Below, piece after piece: positions 18,010-28,689 of a stretch of 64,000 nt of DNA. The stretch comes from an uncultured virus (IMG/VR IMGVR_UViG_3300017989_000096). Taxonomy: Duplodnaviria > Heunggongvirae > Uroviricota > Caudoviricetes. The notes under the pieces were generated by a model that was not told the origin of the DNA, did not search any database, and was given only the letters and a program-made list of their open reading frames with translations. A program made the position numbers and the translations under genes. The DNA lies in the IMG/VR virus record IMGVR_UViG_3300017989_000096; one strand, written 5' to 3'. The stretch's first letter is position 1. Every line of letters starts with the position of its first letter.

Positions 18010-18543
18010 ATGCGCACACGTGATTCGCAAAGGAGCAAAGTGTATGCTGCGGAGCAGTTGTTTCGTGAGCGAATCGACAAAGAGAAGCAGCCGGAACTCT
18101 ATGCATTCGCAGAGGACAAACTGGAGCTGGAGGAGTTGCAAAAGCTGGTGAACCACTTGGTGAGTTTGGCTTGGTTCAAACGCCGGTGGTCGAGAGTTGG
18201 TGAGATCGAAGTCAGAGCTGGTGGACAAGGCAGAACGCATGCTTGTGGAGTGCGAGTTTTTGGAGGTGGGGTTGTCAAGCTTCCTGCTTGGTCAAGAACG
18301 AAGCTGGTTACTTTGCACGAGGTTGCTCACGTCTGCGCTTTTTCTTTGGAAGCTCATGGCAGACGTTTTTGCCGGACATTTATTGAGTTGGTGGAACATG
18401 AGGCAGGATATGAGGCGGGAAAGCTGTTGAAGAAATGTATGGACGAGAAAAGAGCGAGGTGGCGTAAGCGATACAAGCGTCCTGACTTGAAAGGTAAGAT
18501 GCCGCCTTTTGTGAAAGAAGCTGCTAAACCACAGGAGAAGTAA
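18010..18543 (+). CDS. HExxH metalloprotease-like (SprT-like) protein
   Basis: LVTLHEVAHV...AHGRRFCRTF. Confidence 0.75.
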   Translation: MRTRDSQRSKVYAAEQLFRERIDKEKQPELYAFAEDKLELEELQKLVNHLVSLAWFKRRWSRVGEIEVRAGGQGRTHACGVRVFGGGVVKLPAWSRTKLVTLHEVAHVCAFSLEAHGRRFCRTFIELVEHEAGYEAGKLLKKCMDEKRARWRKRYKRPDLKGKMPPFVKEAAKPQEK

Positions 18544-18969
18544 ATGCGAAAACTCATTATCATGCGGGGGCTTCCTGGTAGTGGAAAATCGTACACTGCC
18601 AAACGTCTTGCCAAAGACAAAGGCACAGTAGTGTCTGCGGATGATTATTTCATGGTCAATGGCAAGTACGTCTTCAATCGGGATGAAACGTACATTGCTC
18701 ATGCTCAGTGTCAGGCAAAGACGGCAAGGTTGATGGCTGGTGGTGCACCGCTTATTGTGATCGACAACACGAATGTCAAAGTGATGCACTACCAGGTATA
18801 TCTCGAACTGGCAAGAGAGTTCGAGTATGAGGAGGAGATTGTGTTTCCGGAGTACAAATTGGCATTCAAAAAGCCAAAAGTTTGGGATGTGGATTATCTG
18901 GCGTACAACAACAAACACGATGTTCCTTTGGAAGTGATTCAGCAAATGGCAGATGATTTTGAGTGGTAG
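18544..18969 (+). CDS. AAA_33/polynucleotide-kinase-like P-loop protein
   Basis: IMRGLPGSGKS, SADDYF, IVIDNTN, HDVPLEVIQQM. Confidence 0.85.
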   Translation: MRKLIIMRGLPGSGKSYTAKRLAKDKGTVVSADDYFMVNGKYVFNRDETYIAHAQCQAKTARLMAGGAPLIVIDNTNVKVMHYQVYLELAREFEYEEEIVFPEYKLAFKKPKVWDVDYLAYNNKHDVPLEVIQQMADDFEW

Positions 18970-18981
18970 AAAGGAGCTACA

Positions 18982-19242
18982 ATGCCTAAGCGTCAAAAGC
19001 ACATCGTTACAAATCAGTGGTTGTGTGTTGTTGCACGCGTCGCAAAGACGTCGCCAATCGCAACTGAAATCATCGAAGCATGTGATCGTGATGAAATTAC
19101 GAGAGTGCTTGTTACACAACGCATGCTTGCTCTGTCTTCTGACCCGAAAGAACTCCCCGATCCGGAGTTGGAAGCAACAGCACACTTGGAGTCAATCTGG
19201 AAGCATTTGGATAAGCATTATCCAAAGGAACTTTATGTTTAG
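18982..19242 (+). CDS. hypothetical protein
   Basis: AAGGAG RBS. Confidence 0.7.
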   Translation: MPKRQKHIVTNQWLCVVARVAKTSPIATEIIEACDRDEITRVLVTQRMLALSSDPKELPDPELEATAHLESIWKHLDKHYPKELYV

Positions 19243-19263
19243 AAAGCTGCGAATGAGTTCGAA

Positions 19264-19292
19264 AATCTGTTATAAATTGAACAGGAGAGATT
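19264..19292 (+). promoter_or_regulatory. promoter core variant in inverted repeat (ctgtt/aacag, aatct/agatt)
   Basis: ctgttataaattgaacaggagagatt. Confidence 0.55.
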
Positions 19293-19293
19293 A

Positions 19294-19503
19294 ATGGCCA
19301 CCAAATGGAGCTATGACAAACTCGGAGATGAATACGACAAGCTCTGTCAAAAATATCTTGCCGAGACCGTAAGTGGTTGCACTTCTATTACTTGGTTCGT
19401 TCACTATATGGACTGCTTGATGCTTTTTTTCAAAGCAGGATGGACTGAGGAAGAGTTCGATACTGAGCTGGAACGCCGTCTTATTGAAAAGGACAACAAA
19501 TGA
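19294..19503 (+). CDS. hypothetical protein
   Basis: AGGAG RBS. Confidence 0.65.
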   Translation: MATKWSYDKLGDEYDKLCQKYLAETVSGCTSITWFVHYMDCLMLFFKAGWTEEEFDTELERRLIEKDNK

Positions 19504-20462
19504 GCAGTAATGCGAAAGTGGTTGGAAAGCTTAGAGAGCTGGCTGATTTGTCGGCACTCGCAGGTGAGAACAAATTCAAAGTCGGTGCATACCAGAGAGC
19601 AGCTCAAACACTCGAACAATTGCCGAATGCAGACCTGACAAATCCAACCTCGATACACGGGATTGGAGAGAGCATTGGCAAGGTAATCAAAGAGGTGTTG
19701 GAGACTGGCACATGCGAGAAGATCGAAGAGCTGAAGAAATCGCAAGGACACTTGCTCGGACTGTTGAAGATTCGAGGAGTTGGTCCTACGACTGCGAAAA
19801 GGCTGTATGACATTCACAAAGTCACAAGCGCAGAAGAAATGAAGAAGCTGATGGATGAGGGAGAGAAATTTACCAAAGCGATCAGAGAAGGCATTGTGGA
19901 TGCGCTCAATGCAGTCGAGACAAAAGAGGAAGTTGAAGCGCCAGAGCACAAAGCAGGTGAAATGCTGAATGCTGCATTGGAATATTTGGAGGTTGGTTTG
20001 CATCCTATTCCGATTCAGCCAAACGGAAAAGTGCCTTTGATGAGTTGGCAGGAGTATCAAAAAAGACAGCCGACAAAAACAGAGGTGACAACGTGGTGGA
20101 CGCGTTGGCCAAATGCGAACATTGCAATTGTGACAGGAACGAAGAATGGAGTTGCAGTGATCGATATTGATCCAGGTCACGATGGCACATGGCCAAAAGA
20201 ACACAAACTGCCAGAAGACTGCGTTGCGAAGACGCCAAGAGGGGGAAGGCACTACTTTGTGAAGCACGCGAAAGGGATCAAAAATTCGCAGAGTGGATTA
20301 GCCAAAGACGTTGATACGAGAGGAGAAGGTGGATACGTGCTGGTAGCACCAAGCACTGTGAAAAACAAGTCGTACGAATTCATCAAAGGTAATTTGAAGG
20401 ACGTAAAAGAGCCTGAGAGTTGGTTGAAGGAAGAGTTGTTGGCTCTGTCACAAGAGAGTTGA
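19500..20462 (+). CDS. DNA polymerase X N-terminal (8-kDa/HhH) region fused to bifunctional primase-polymerase N-terminal domain
   Basis: GENKFKVGAYQRAA, IHGIGESIG, IRGVGPTTA; then PIQPNGKVP, WWTRWPNANIAIVTG, VIDID, TPRGGRHYF, DTRGEGGYVLVAPS. Confidence 0.85.
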   Translation: MSSNAKVVGKLRELADLSALAGENKFKVGAYQRAAQTLEQLPNADLTNPTSIHGIGESIGKVIKEVLETGTCEKIEELKKSQGHLLGLLKIRGVGPTTAKRLYDIHKVTSAEEMKKLMDEGEKFTKAIREGIVDALNAVETKEEVEAPEHKAGEMLNAALEYLEVGLHPIPIQPNGKVPLMSWQEYQKRQPTKTEVTTWWTRWPNANIAIVTGTKNGVAVIDIDPGHDGTWPKEHKLPEDCVAKTPRGGRHYFVKHAKGIKNSQSGLAKDVDTRGEGGYVLVAPSTVKNKSYEFIKGNLKDVKEPESWLKEELLALSQES

Positions 20463-20507
20463 GATGGATAGTTGCCAAATCGACCATTATGGAATTGGAG
20501 AAATAAG

Positions 20508-20864
20508 ATGTCAAAACAGACAATTGCTGACGCTTTTATTCCTGTGGAGCGGGAATACAAAGCAAGGGTGATGGAAGAGACATGGGGACATTTAGCTCCG
20601 AAGAAGAACCGCATTTACAAAGGCACTATCATTTTTGCTTATGGAGAGTATGGTGATATGGTGCCTTTGCATGCTGAGTTTGCTGGTTTGGATGACTCAC
20701 CGTGGTTTTTTGATGCTTTGTCAGATTTTATTAGTGACTTTTGTTTACAGCAAGAGAAGTGGGGAGTATTTCGATTCACTGGAACGTTTCGCAACTACAA
20801 ATTCAAAGGTCAGATAGAGCAGGTGCATGTGGATAATGGAACCAGTAATTCGAATCACAACTAA
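20508..20864 (+). CDS. hypothetical protein
   Basis: GGAG RBS before MSKQTIAD. Confidence 0.65.
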   Translation: MSKQTIADAFIPVEREYKARVMEETWGHLAPKKNRIYKGTIIFAYGEYGDMVPLHAEFAGLDDSPWFFDALSDFISDFCLQQEKWGVFRFTGTFRNYKFKGQIEQVHVDNGTSNSNHN

Positions 20865-21561
20865 ATGCACACAAAAGTGCTCACATTGTTGTTATGAGTG
20901 CTCTCCAAAGCGTAATGATATGATGAGTATAACAACTGCGAAGCAAGTGAAGAAGTTCCTGCAAAACAACGGTATCAAAAATATTGAAATCATGGGTGGT
21001 GAGTTTTACTGCCATCCTCAGTGGAAGCGGATTTTTGAAATTCTTGTGCCCGGCCTTTCAACTGTGCGGTTGGTGACTAACGGAGATTGGGCACATGACA
21101 AGTCTGTACCTGAGTTTTTGAAACAGTTTGAAAATCTTGTGCTTGGTATTTCGAAGGATGAGTGGCACACGAACAAGAATGTTAGAAAGGCTGCCGCTGC
21201 TTGTAAGAAGCATGGCATACTACATAGGGTAGCAACCAAGGAAGAAACCACGCCTGAATCAGTCGTACCTGTTGGTAGAGGCGAGTTGCTGTTTGGTTTT
21301 TATTCGATGTTTGGCTGCTATTGTAAGAAGCCAGACACTTGTGTTACGTTTCTGATTGACGAGAAGGGTGCTATTTTCCATTGTCCTTTTGGAGTGTGGG
21401 ATGAAGGCAACGTAAAAGACTTTGATAGTGATTTTGCTGAGTTCCATGACGATTGGAGAAAAAGGTTTAATAGTGTGTTTGTTGCAAATTGTCGTGTTTG
21501 CGTTGAAGCATATCGAATGCAGGTTGCGCGAGAAAAGGAGCCATGCCATGTCAGCGATTAA
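20836..21561 (+). CDS. radical SAM protein
   Basis: CTQKCSHC, MGGE, VTNG. Confidence 0.9.
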   Translation: MEPVIRITTKCTQKCSHCCYECSPKRNDMMSITTAKQVKKFLQNNGIKNIEIMGGEFYCHPQWKRIFEILVPGLSTVRLVTNGDWAHDKSVPEFLKQFENLVLGISKDEWHTNKNVRKAAAACKKHGILHRVATKEETTPESVVPVGRGELLFGFYSMFGCYCKKPDTCVTFLIDEKGAIFHCPFGVWDEGNVKDFDSDFAEFHDDWRKRFNSVFVANCRVCVEAYRMQVAREKEPCHVSD

Positions 21562-21672
21562 GCGTTGGATCGAAACACGACTCGAACTTGAAAGCATAAT
21601 GACTCCGAATAAAATGTTGTTTATCCCTCTCAGAAAATCAGAGATTTTGGCTGAAATTCTACAGGAGAAACG

Positions 21673-21712
21673 GAGTGAGAACTGTTTAATAAATGAAGAA
21701 CAGAAAACACTC
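21673..21712 (+). promoter_or_regulatory. promoter core in nested inverted repeats gagtg/cactc and ctgtt/aacag
   Basis: gagtgagaactgtttaataaatgaagaacagaaaacactc. Confidence 0.6.
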
Positions 21713-21729
21713 TGATAAAGGAGGGAACA

Positions 21730-22443
21730 ATGGCACAGGCGTTGAAAGCATTCAGGAAGGCAGCAAACAAGGGCTCTAAAGCTGCTGAGAAAAAGGTTGA
21801 CAAGCCTGCCAACCACGTGGATGCGTCGGAGATCAGCAAACAGTTGGCTGAGTTCAAACTGGCGCGGAAGCAGGCTCAGGAGGCCAACAATCGGGCCAAA
21901 AAGGTCGAGGACGAGATTATCAAATTCGGGCTCGACAGCAGACAGAAAGTCAGTCAGGCTCAGGGGAGAGTTGAGCCGTCAGTCGTGATGGTTGGCGATG
22001 AAATCGAAGTTGAAGGTCAGAAGATGCGACCGAGCGTGATGCTCACAGTCAGGAGTGATTGCTATCGGGTGCGGAAAGCGGAAGCGATCCAGGAAGTGCT
22101 CGATGGTGAGTACGAGACCTACTTCGATGAGAAGACGACTGTTGCTCTCAAGAAGGAGAAGCTGGCGGACACAGAGCTGATCAAGAAACTGATCGATGTC
22201 TGCGGTGGTAAGATCAAGGTCACAATCGATCCGAGCATTCTTGATGATGAAAAACTGGCACGCGAGGTCATCAAGACAATCGGTGGTACGAGTCATATCG
22301 AAGAGGTGTTCGATGTGACACAGACGGTCAAAGCCAACAGCCGGTTCACAAACGAGATGGTGCTGAATACTGAGCTGGCGGAGCGAGCGAAACCTCTGAT
22401 TGAAAAGCAGGCAATCACTGTGGACCGGCCTTCACTGCGGTAG
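21730..22443 (+). CDS. hypothetical protein
   Basis: AAGGAGG RBS, 237 aa. Confidence 0.8.
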   Translation: MAQALKAFRKAANKGSKAAEKKVDKPANHVDASEISKQLAEFKLARKQAQEANNRAKKVEDEIIKFGLDSRQKVSQAQGRVEPSVVMVGDEIEVEGQKMRPSVMLTVRSDCYRVRKAEAIQEVLDGEYETYFDEKTTVALKKEKLADTELIKKLIDVCGGKIKVTIDPSILDDEKLAREVIKTIGGTSHIEEVFDVTQTVKANSRFTNEMVLNTELAERAKPLIEKQAITVDRPSLR

Positions 22444-22996
22444 AAAGCGAAGGAGAGAGAGCAATGAAAGAAGCACATTATGAGTGGGGAAGAAAAGAGG
22501 GGTTGACTGACGAGGAAATCGAGAAAGATTGGGAAGCCTTTATTGCAGACTACGATGAATGGGAAGAGCAAAAGAAAGCGAGCTGAAAATGAATGTTGAG
22601 GTTCTGAAAACGGAAAACAAGTGTGTTTCACGTCCTTGGGATATTTGGGTCGATGGCAAGCTTTACATAATGGGTTATAAAACTCGCAAGGCGGCTCAGG
22701 AAATGAAGGAGTATATGGTTTCGAGCTTACTTAGTGGGTTTGAGACCGAGGAGTCTCTAAAGCAATATCAACCAGGGACTCAGACTTGCAGTGTTGAGGA
22801 TTGAGAGTACGGGTTTTTGGATTGGGTTGACCAAGTGAAAAAAGTTTTGACAATGGAGGGAAAGACGTGGCTCCTAAAAATAACCCCATCTATGAAAGAG
22901 TGATGTGGTTTTTTGAGACGCCGATAAGGGCAATGGGAGTGTTGATTGCTGCATCTTTGTTTATCTTATTGTTTCGGTGGTTGTTGGTGTGAATAA

Positions 22997-23668
22997 ATGA
23001 AGATTCAAAAAGCACCACGAGGCAAAAGCGAGCAAACAATCAAGCCGTTTGTTCCAATGGTGGATATCATTCCTGAAGGCGAAAAAGGCGATTGGAAGAT
23101 CAGTCACTTTGAAGTCGATGAAGAGGCTGCGAAGTTAGATCGTTTAAGAAACGTGTTCAGTTTTAGTAGCCGTGGTCAACTTTCAGTTACGCCAGGAAAG
23201 TATGTGCGCTTGTCTGGTAAGAGCTGTGGCGTAATGATGAGTGACACGCGTAACGAACAGTATACGAATCGTGACCTTATCTGGCACGCAAATGGAAAGG
23301 TGCTCATTGCCGGTTTGGGTATTGGTATGGTACTGCTCCCCGTAACACGCATGGAGGAAGTCAAAGAAGTAACCGTCATCGAGAAAGAGCAAGCAGTGAT
23401 CGATTTGGTATATCCACACCTGAAACCACATTTGGGTTGCCCTACTAATGTTATCCATGCGGATATCTTTGAGTGGGAGAAGCCGAAAAACGTCAAGTGG
23501 GATGTTATCTTTTTTGACATCTGGCCTTCCATCTGCGGTGACAACTGGGGTGAGATGAAAAAGCTCAGGCGTAAGTTTTGTCGTTCGTTGAATCGTGAGA
23601 ACCCAAAAGTGTGGATAGGAAGTTGGGAACAAGAAAGCTGTAAAGCCATGGATAAGGAATGGAGGTAA
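22997..23668 (+). CDS. class I SAM-dependent methyltransferase/spermidine-synthase-like fold
   Basis: KVLIAGLGIG, VTVIEKE, HADIF, WDVIFFDIW. Confidence 0.8.
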   Translation: MKIQKAPRGKSEQTIKPFVPMVDIIPEGEKGDWKISHFEVDEEAAKLDRLRNVFSFSSRGQLSVTPGKYVRLSGKSCGVMMSDTRNEQYTNRDLIWHANGKVLIAGLGIGMVLLPVTRMEEVKEVTVIEKEQAVIDLVYPHLKPHLGCPTNVIHADIFEWEKPKNVKWDVIFFDIWPSICGDNWGEMKKLRRKFCRSLNRENPKVWIGSWEQESCKAMDKEWR

Positions 23669-23669
23669 A

Positions 23670-23921
23670 ATGCACACGACAATTCAACTCATTAAAGAAT
23701 GGTACGACCGAGGTGTGCAAGAAGGCGCGAAGTGGATGATTGTCGTTTGTGATACTTTCGATCACGAAGACTACCCGGTCTTTTGTAAAACGAAAGAAGA
23801 GTACGTGGTAAAGTACGATCACTACAACGGCAAAAACATGCAGAGAATCATGGAAGTGTATGACCTCTCAAAGCCGTTTAATAAACAAGCAAAGGGTCGA
23901 GTTTTCAACGGGCCAAAATAA
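23670..23921 (+). CDS. conserved phage hypothetical protein
   Basis: IVVCDTFDHEDYPV...MQRIMEVYDL; GGAGG RBS. Confidence 0.75.
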   Translation: MHTTIQLIKEWYDRGVQEGAKWMIVVCDTFDHEDYPVFCKTKEEYVVKYDHYNGKNMQRIMEVYDLSKPFNKQAKGRVFNGPK

Positions 23922-24552
23922 CATTTCTCTAAAAATTCGTTTTGGGAAGTGTTATAATTTGTCAGGAGCGAAAATGTTGAGCAAGGAAGATTTGGACAAA
24001 CGCCTTGAAGAGCTTAAACAACTGCGAAAAGAGAATCGCAGATTGAAAAGGGTTCTAAGCGCGGCGCGGAAATATGAAGAGCAAGGAACTAACGATGCGT
24101 TGGTGGGTCTCGGAGAAGCATTGGATTCGACCAGAGACATTCGGTGAAAAGATGGAACAGGAAATACTAACCTTATGCCCTATCTGCGGGAAGTATGGAG
24201 TAGGAAAGCATATTCCTCTATACCCCGATGAACAATTTGACCCTGACATTGGAATGTGCAGATTTTGTGAGACTCCATTTCGTAATATGCGGGATGGAAA
24301 GGTGGACCTCGATGCTGCTAAACGGCTGATATTAGCCGTTTTCCCTAAAGCAGAGAACGTTCTGATAGGGGAAGAGGGTCGAGGAGCACAATTGTCATTA
24401 TCCCTGTCCTGAATGTGGTCAAAAAGCCCTTATATCGGCTTGCTGGGATTTTGGGTTGGTTTGGATTATGTGTGATGAGTGTGGATTACACCGTCAAGTG
24501 GATAAGTACGGTCTTGCCATAGACTTACTACATTCAGATGTGAGGGTCAGCA

Positions 24553-24870
24553 ATGTGTGAAGATGCTTTTCCAAAAGAAGTGACTATCGGTGAGAAGTAC
24601 GGGCCTGCAATGGAGATTCGAACCAAGGAAGAAGCTGCTGAATATTTGATGAAGTGCATTAATCACACAATGGATTGTCGTCCGGAATTGTCCATTGATG
24701 AGGCTCGAAAAATCGAACTTGAAAACATAGGTTATTACACGGGTTACTATGACCCACAAACTGCTGAACGTGTTTACAAGTTATTCAAAACTGAGCATCC
24801 TCTTTTTGGCCGAGTCTGGCCGAGTCCAGAAAAAGCTTTTGAAATGGGAAAAAGAGTGGCAAATAGGTAG
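24553..24870 (+). CDS. hypothetical protein
   Basis: NIGYYTGYYD motif; GAGG RBS. Confidence 0.75.
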   Translation: MCEDAFPKEVTIGEKYGPAMEIRTKEEAAEYLMKCINHTMDCRPELSIDEARKIELENIGYYTGYYDPQTAERVYKLFKTEHPLFGRVWPSPEKAFEMGKRVANR

Positions 24871-24873
24871 CAC

Positions 24874-24909
24874 ACTCCGTTAAATAATTGTGGACAATTA
24901 TTACGGAGG
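24874..24909 (+). promoter_or_regulatory. palindromic promoter/RBS element, copy A
   Basis: actccgttaaataattg-tgga-caattattacggagg. Confidence 0.75.
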
Positions 24910-24915
24910 ACAAAA

Positions 24916-25611
24916 ATGGCAATCAAAACATTCACTTGTTCGATCTGTGGTAAGGAAGGGCTTACAAGACGCAAAACGTACGCGCTTAAGGATGGGACTC
25001 GTGCTTGCCGAGAACATGGACAAGCTCAACAAGATTTCCAACAGCGCGAAAAAGAGGATGCTAAAAAGAAAGCAGATGAGAAGTACAAGGAAGAGCAGAA
25101 ATTCAAACGTCGCGATCATTGGCATAAGATGAATTCCGATGCTCAATACTTCGACGAGTATATGCAATGGCCTCGAAACCATTGTTGGACGTGCGGAGCT
25201 GAAGGCATTTCTGCTCAGGTGTTTTGCGTACGTGTTTTGATCGAAAAGAAGAGGCTCCAATTGCATCCTCTCAATCAGGTGATTCAGTGCGTGAAAGACG
25301 ACATTGATGCATTCCAGAAAGCGCTGAAAAAAATCCACGAAACGACAGAAACTGTTTTGGACTATTTCAAAGTTAAGGACATGAAGCAGGTTCTTAACCG
25401 AACAAAGTACCGTATGCGGCCAATCGTTCAAATGATGGGTTATACCCAAGTCTGCACACGTTGCTCACCGAAGCTAAAGATATCTAAAGAGATGCAATTT
25501 GAAACGCTTGACGAAATGATGGATGCGGCAGAAGTTGCAAAAACATTGATGGAACCGGCAGTAACAGCAGCAGCAATGAAAGAGATCAGAAACGAGGTTG
25601 AAAACAACTAA
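24916..25611 (+). CDS. Cys-rich hypothetical protein
   Basis: CSIC..CREH, CWTC..CTRC. Confidence 0.75.
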   Translation: MAIKTFTCSICGKEGLTRRKTYALKDGTRACREHGQAQQDFQQREKEDAKKKADEKYKEEQKFKRRDHWHKMNSDAQYFDEYMQWPRNHCWTCGAEGISAQVFCVRVLIEKKRLQLHPLNQVIQCVKDDIDAFQKALKKIHETTETVLDYFKVKDMKQVLNRTKYRMRPIVQMMGYTQVCTRCSPKLKISKEMQFETLDEMMDAAEVAKTLMEPAVTAAAMKEIRNEVENN

Positions 25612-25672
25612 ATTACGACCATGCCGATATCTTTGAAAAACCTATAAGTTCTTGGCTGTCAATCAGTTTCGA

Positions 25673-25708
25673 ACTCCGTTATATAATTGAGGACAATTAT
25701 TACGGAGG
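25673..25708 (+). promoter_or_regulatory. palindromic promoter/RBS element, copy B
   Basis: actccgttatataattg-agga-caattattacggagg (34/36 identical to copy A). Confidence 0.75.
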
Positions 25709-25999
25709 GTTAAGAAATGGTTGACAAGGTCGTAATGATGCTCGCAAACGATGTGATTCTGCCAGGTGAAATGGCAGACGAGGAAGAGCTGGAAGAGGAA
25801 GCGAGAGAAGCATGCTGGCAGATGTACGAAGAGCATTTGATTCACGAAGCGGAGAAGGAAACTCAGATCATTGCGTACGAGAGGAAGGTGCGCTAATGAG
25901 AAAGCTGCTTTGGAGGATCAAACGTTGGTGGCGGGTTCGGAAGTTTTATCGTCCGAGTCGGGGAATGATTCGGAAATACAGGTACTAAGGAGAAAGAAA

Positions 26000-26272
26000 A
26001 TGGCAATGGTTACTTGCACCGCCTGCGAGGGTAAGAAGAAGATCAAGGTGAAGTTTCACGAAGGAAGCAAGGTTTCTTATTTCGAAATGGAGTGCGTCAC
26101 CTGCAATGGCACGGGTAAAATTTCGGAAGAGCAGAAGAAAGCGGAAGAAGAGTTTTGGTGCAAGTGCTCTGATGGTGAAAATGTCACATATTACCCTGAT
26201 GGCACACATCCGAAGTGCAGCAAGCATTGTTGGGCTTGCAATATCTGTGGTGGAATAGTGCAAGTCGGATAG
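26000..26272 (+). CDS. DnaJ-type zinc-finger protein
   Basis: CTACEG, CVTCNGTG, CNICGG. Confidence 0.7.
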   Translation: MAMVTCTACEGKKKIKVKFHEGSKVSYFEMECVTCNGTGKISEEQKKAEEEFWCKCSDGENVTYYPDGTHPKCSKHCWACNICGGIVQVG

Positions 26273-26491
26273 CAGGAGGCGAAGCAATGGTTTTCCATTA
26301 CTGGCAGAAAGGGATGAAAGGAAGATTCCACGTCCTGATCCGCTATGGTAGAAAAGACAAAGCGGAGTACGACATTGATGCCGTGGATGCACTGGAAGCA
26401 GAACAGTGGGCAAAGAACCAAGCACGAATCAAAGGTTGGACTGAAATCAAAGTTGAAGTTAAGCGAAACGATGGATAGCAAACAAAACACG

Positions 26492-26515
26492 CTCCTGTTA
26501 AATAATTGAAAGGAG
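26492..26515 (+). promoter_or_regulatory. promoter core in ctcct/aggag inverted repeat
   Basis: ctcctgttaaataattgaaaggag. Confidence 0.7.
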
Positions 26516-26729
26516 AAAAGCAATGGCAAAGGTGCGCTACCATCACGATGAGAAAGACGATGAGATGGCTCGAAAGTTTACGACAGCTGCACGTCTACGG
26601 GAACAGACGATTCAGAAGCCTGGCGTTCGGAAGAGTCGTTCGGCTTTTGAGATGTCGATTCTGCAACAGCTGTCGAGGCGATTCATTCAGAAGTAAAAAT
26701 TTGTACTTGGTTGACTGAAGGAGGGTAAG

Positions 26730-27002
26730 ATGGGTTTCTACGAGAAGATAAATTCAGGTGCATACAAGCCAAAGGTCAAGTATGTTTCGCGCAAGAAAGA
26801 CGAGGCTCAGTGGCAGGCTTACAAAGATGAGCTTGCACGTCTTGATGCAGAGTTCAAACGTGATGCACTCAAAGAGGTCGGTCTTGAGAACCATCCAAAG
26901 GCCAACAAAGCTTTCGCTTTTGCTTGGTCTCTTGGCCATGCCAGTGGCTTCAGTGAGGTTTTCAGTTACCTGGAAGAGATTGCTGAAATACTGAAGGACT
27001 GA
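26730..27002 (+). CDS. conserved phage hypothetical protein
   Basis: HPKANKAFAFAWSLGHASG; AAGGAGG RBS. Confidence 0.75.
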   Translation: MGFYEKINSGAYKPKVKYVSRKKDEAQWQAYKDELARLDAEFKRDALKEVGLENHPKANKAFAFAWSLGHASGFSEVFSYLEEIAEILKD

Positions 27003-27189
27003 AAATGAAACTGAGAGAACTGAGACAGATGACCAAAGGGCTGAGCGGGGATTTGGATTGCGAATTCTTGATTAGCTATGACAGCGGTTATGCAAGGGCG
27101 CGTAGCAAAGAGTTGGCAATGAGAGTCGAGAGGGAAGTTAAAGACGGTAAAACGATTCAGACGGTTATTTTTGAGGGAGCTGATTACTG

Positions 27190-27489
27190 ATGCCTGATCT
27201 GACTATTGAAAACTCTTGGGTTTGTGAAACCGCAGAAACCTACCATGAACAGGTAGGTAAGTATTTGGTTCGTTTCAGTGCACACCGGATTTTTACCAAC
27301 GATGAAGGTTGGAGTTGCGAGTGTTTGGGTTTCAAATACAAGAAGCATTGCAAGCACATTGAGGTTGCGAAAAAGAATCGGTGTGGTTGGATGCAGCAAG
27401 TTAGCGGTGGAAATGTAGTAGAACGTGATGGAGAGTATTTCTGTCCCAAGTGTGGCCAAGCGGCTATTCCGGTAAGGATTGCAGTATAG
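27190..27489 (+). CDS. SWIM zinc-finger protein
   Basis: WSCECLGFKYKKHCKHI. Confidence 0.8.
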   Translation: MPDLTIENSWVCETAETYHEQVGKYLVRFSAHRIFTNDEGWSCECLGFKYKKHCKHIEVAKKNRCGWMQQVSGGNVVERDGEYFCPKCGQAAIPVRIAV

Positions 27490-28689
27490 AGGGAGGCATT
27501 GTCATGATCTCGATGGATTTGATGGAGAAAATACCTGCTGGAGATAACCCATTCCGTCATGATTTGTTTCATATGGGAAAGAGCATTGGTAGCAATATCA
27601 CGGCCATGTTTTCTTCTTACGATGATCAAGTTTGTGATTACCTCATCCTTATCGATCAGAGAACGGGGGAACGTGTTCGTATTACTTTCTCTGGCGGAGA
27701 AAAAGCCGCAGAGAAAGGGGCTGTGTTCAATGCTATGATGGGGGGAAAATGAGAATTCTTGCAAGTATAGCAACAAGGGAATACCAACACTTTGAAATGT
27801 TGGGGCAACTGAAAATAAGGCGTTTGGTGCGTTCTGTTGAATCGCAAAAGGTTCAACTTCGTGGACCAGATGAAGATGGCAAGGGCAGATACATCGATTT
27901 GTACGTATAGGGGGTAGGACAATGCCGATGTCGATACCGTGTTGTGGATGTGACAGGAACCGGCTGATTTCAATGCGTTGCAAAAAGAATGGCGTGTTGG
28001 TGCGTGACGAGAAAGAATGGCCGGAAAGCATTTACAGTGTCATGAGTGCTGATATGTTTGAGTGTCCGAACTGTCACCAAAAAATTGTTGTTGGTTTTGG
28101 CAAACCGAGAGCACTATCCAAAGAAGAAGCAGAACTTGAACTACAAGCGATTGGCCAAAAAGAGTTTTTGGTTAGGAGGTTGTGATGAGCAAAAGAAGTG
28201 CTGAACTCAAATCTCACACACAACGGAGCCATGAGCGAAGAGACCGCGTGGCAAAAAAGCTGTACACTTACCTCAAAAAAGCAGGACTTGAAGTTGACAA
28301 AATGAAGATGCCTCCATGGGGAAAAAGGCTGTAGGCTTTTTGGTTACCACGAAACACGATGCGGAGCGTGTGAGTATTGATGTTTGGGGGAACCAGTTTT
28401 CAATTCCCATATCGATAACTGCTTGCATTTGTCGCAGACCTCTTTTTTCGAAGCAAATCGAGCTTGGTTACAGCAAGGAAGACTTCACAAAGATAGAGTA
28501 CGAGCAAATAGTGAAGATTGTCAAACAGTTTATCTATCGTGGAGCATTGCATCGCTTGTTTCAGCATCTTGGAGAATGCGATGACACAGAGTTGCTGGAA
28601 AAGCTCTACTCAAAGTTCCATGACAAATTGCCGATTGGGGAGCAAGAGTTTGATCGTTTTCAGGCTGAAATTGATGAAGGGATTGGATC

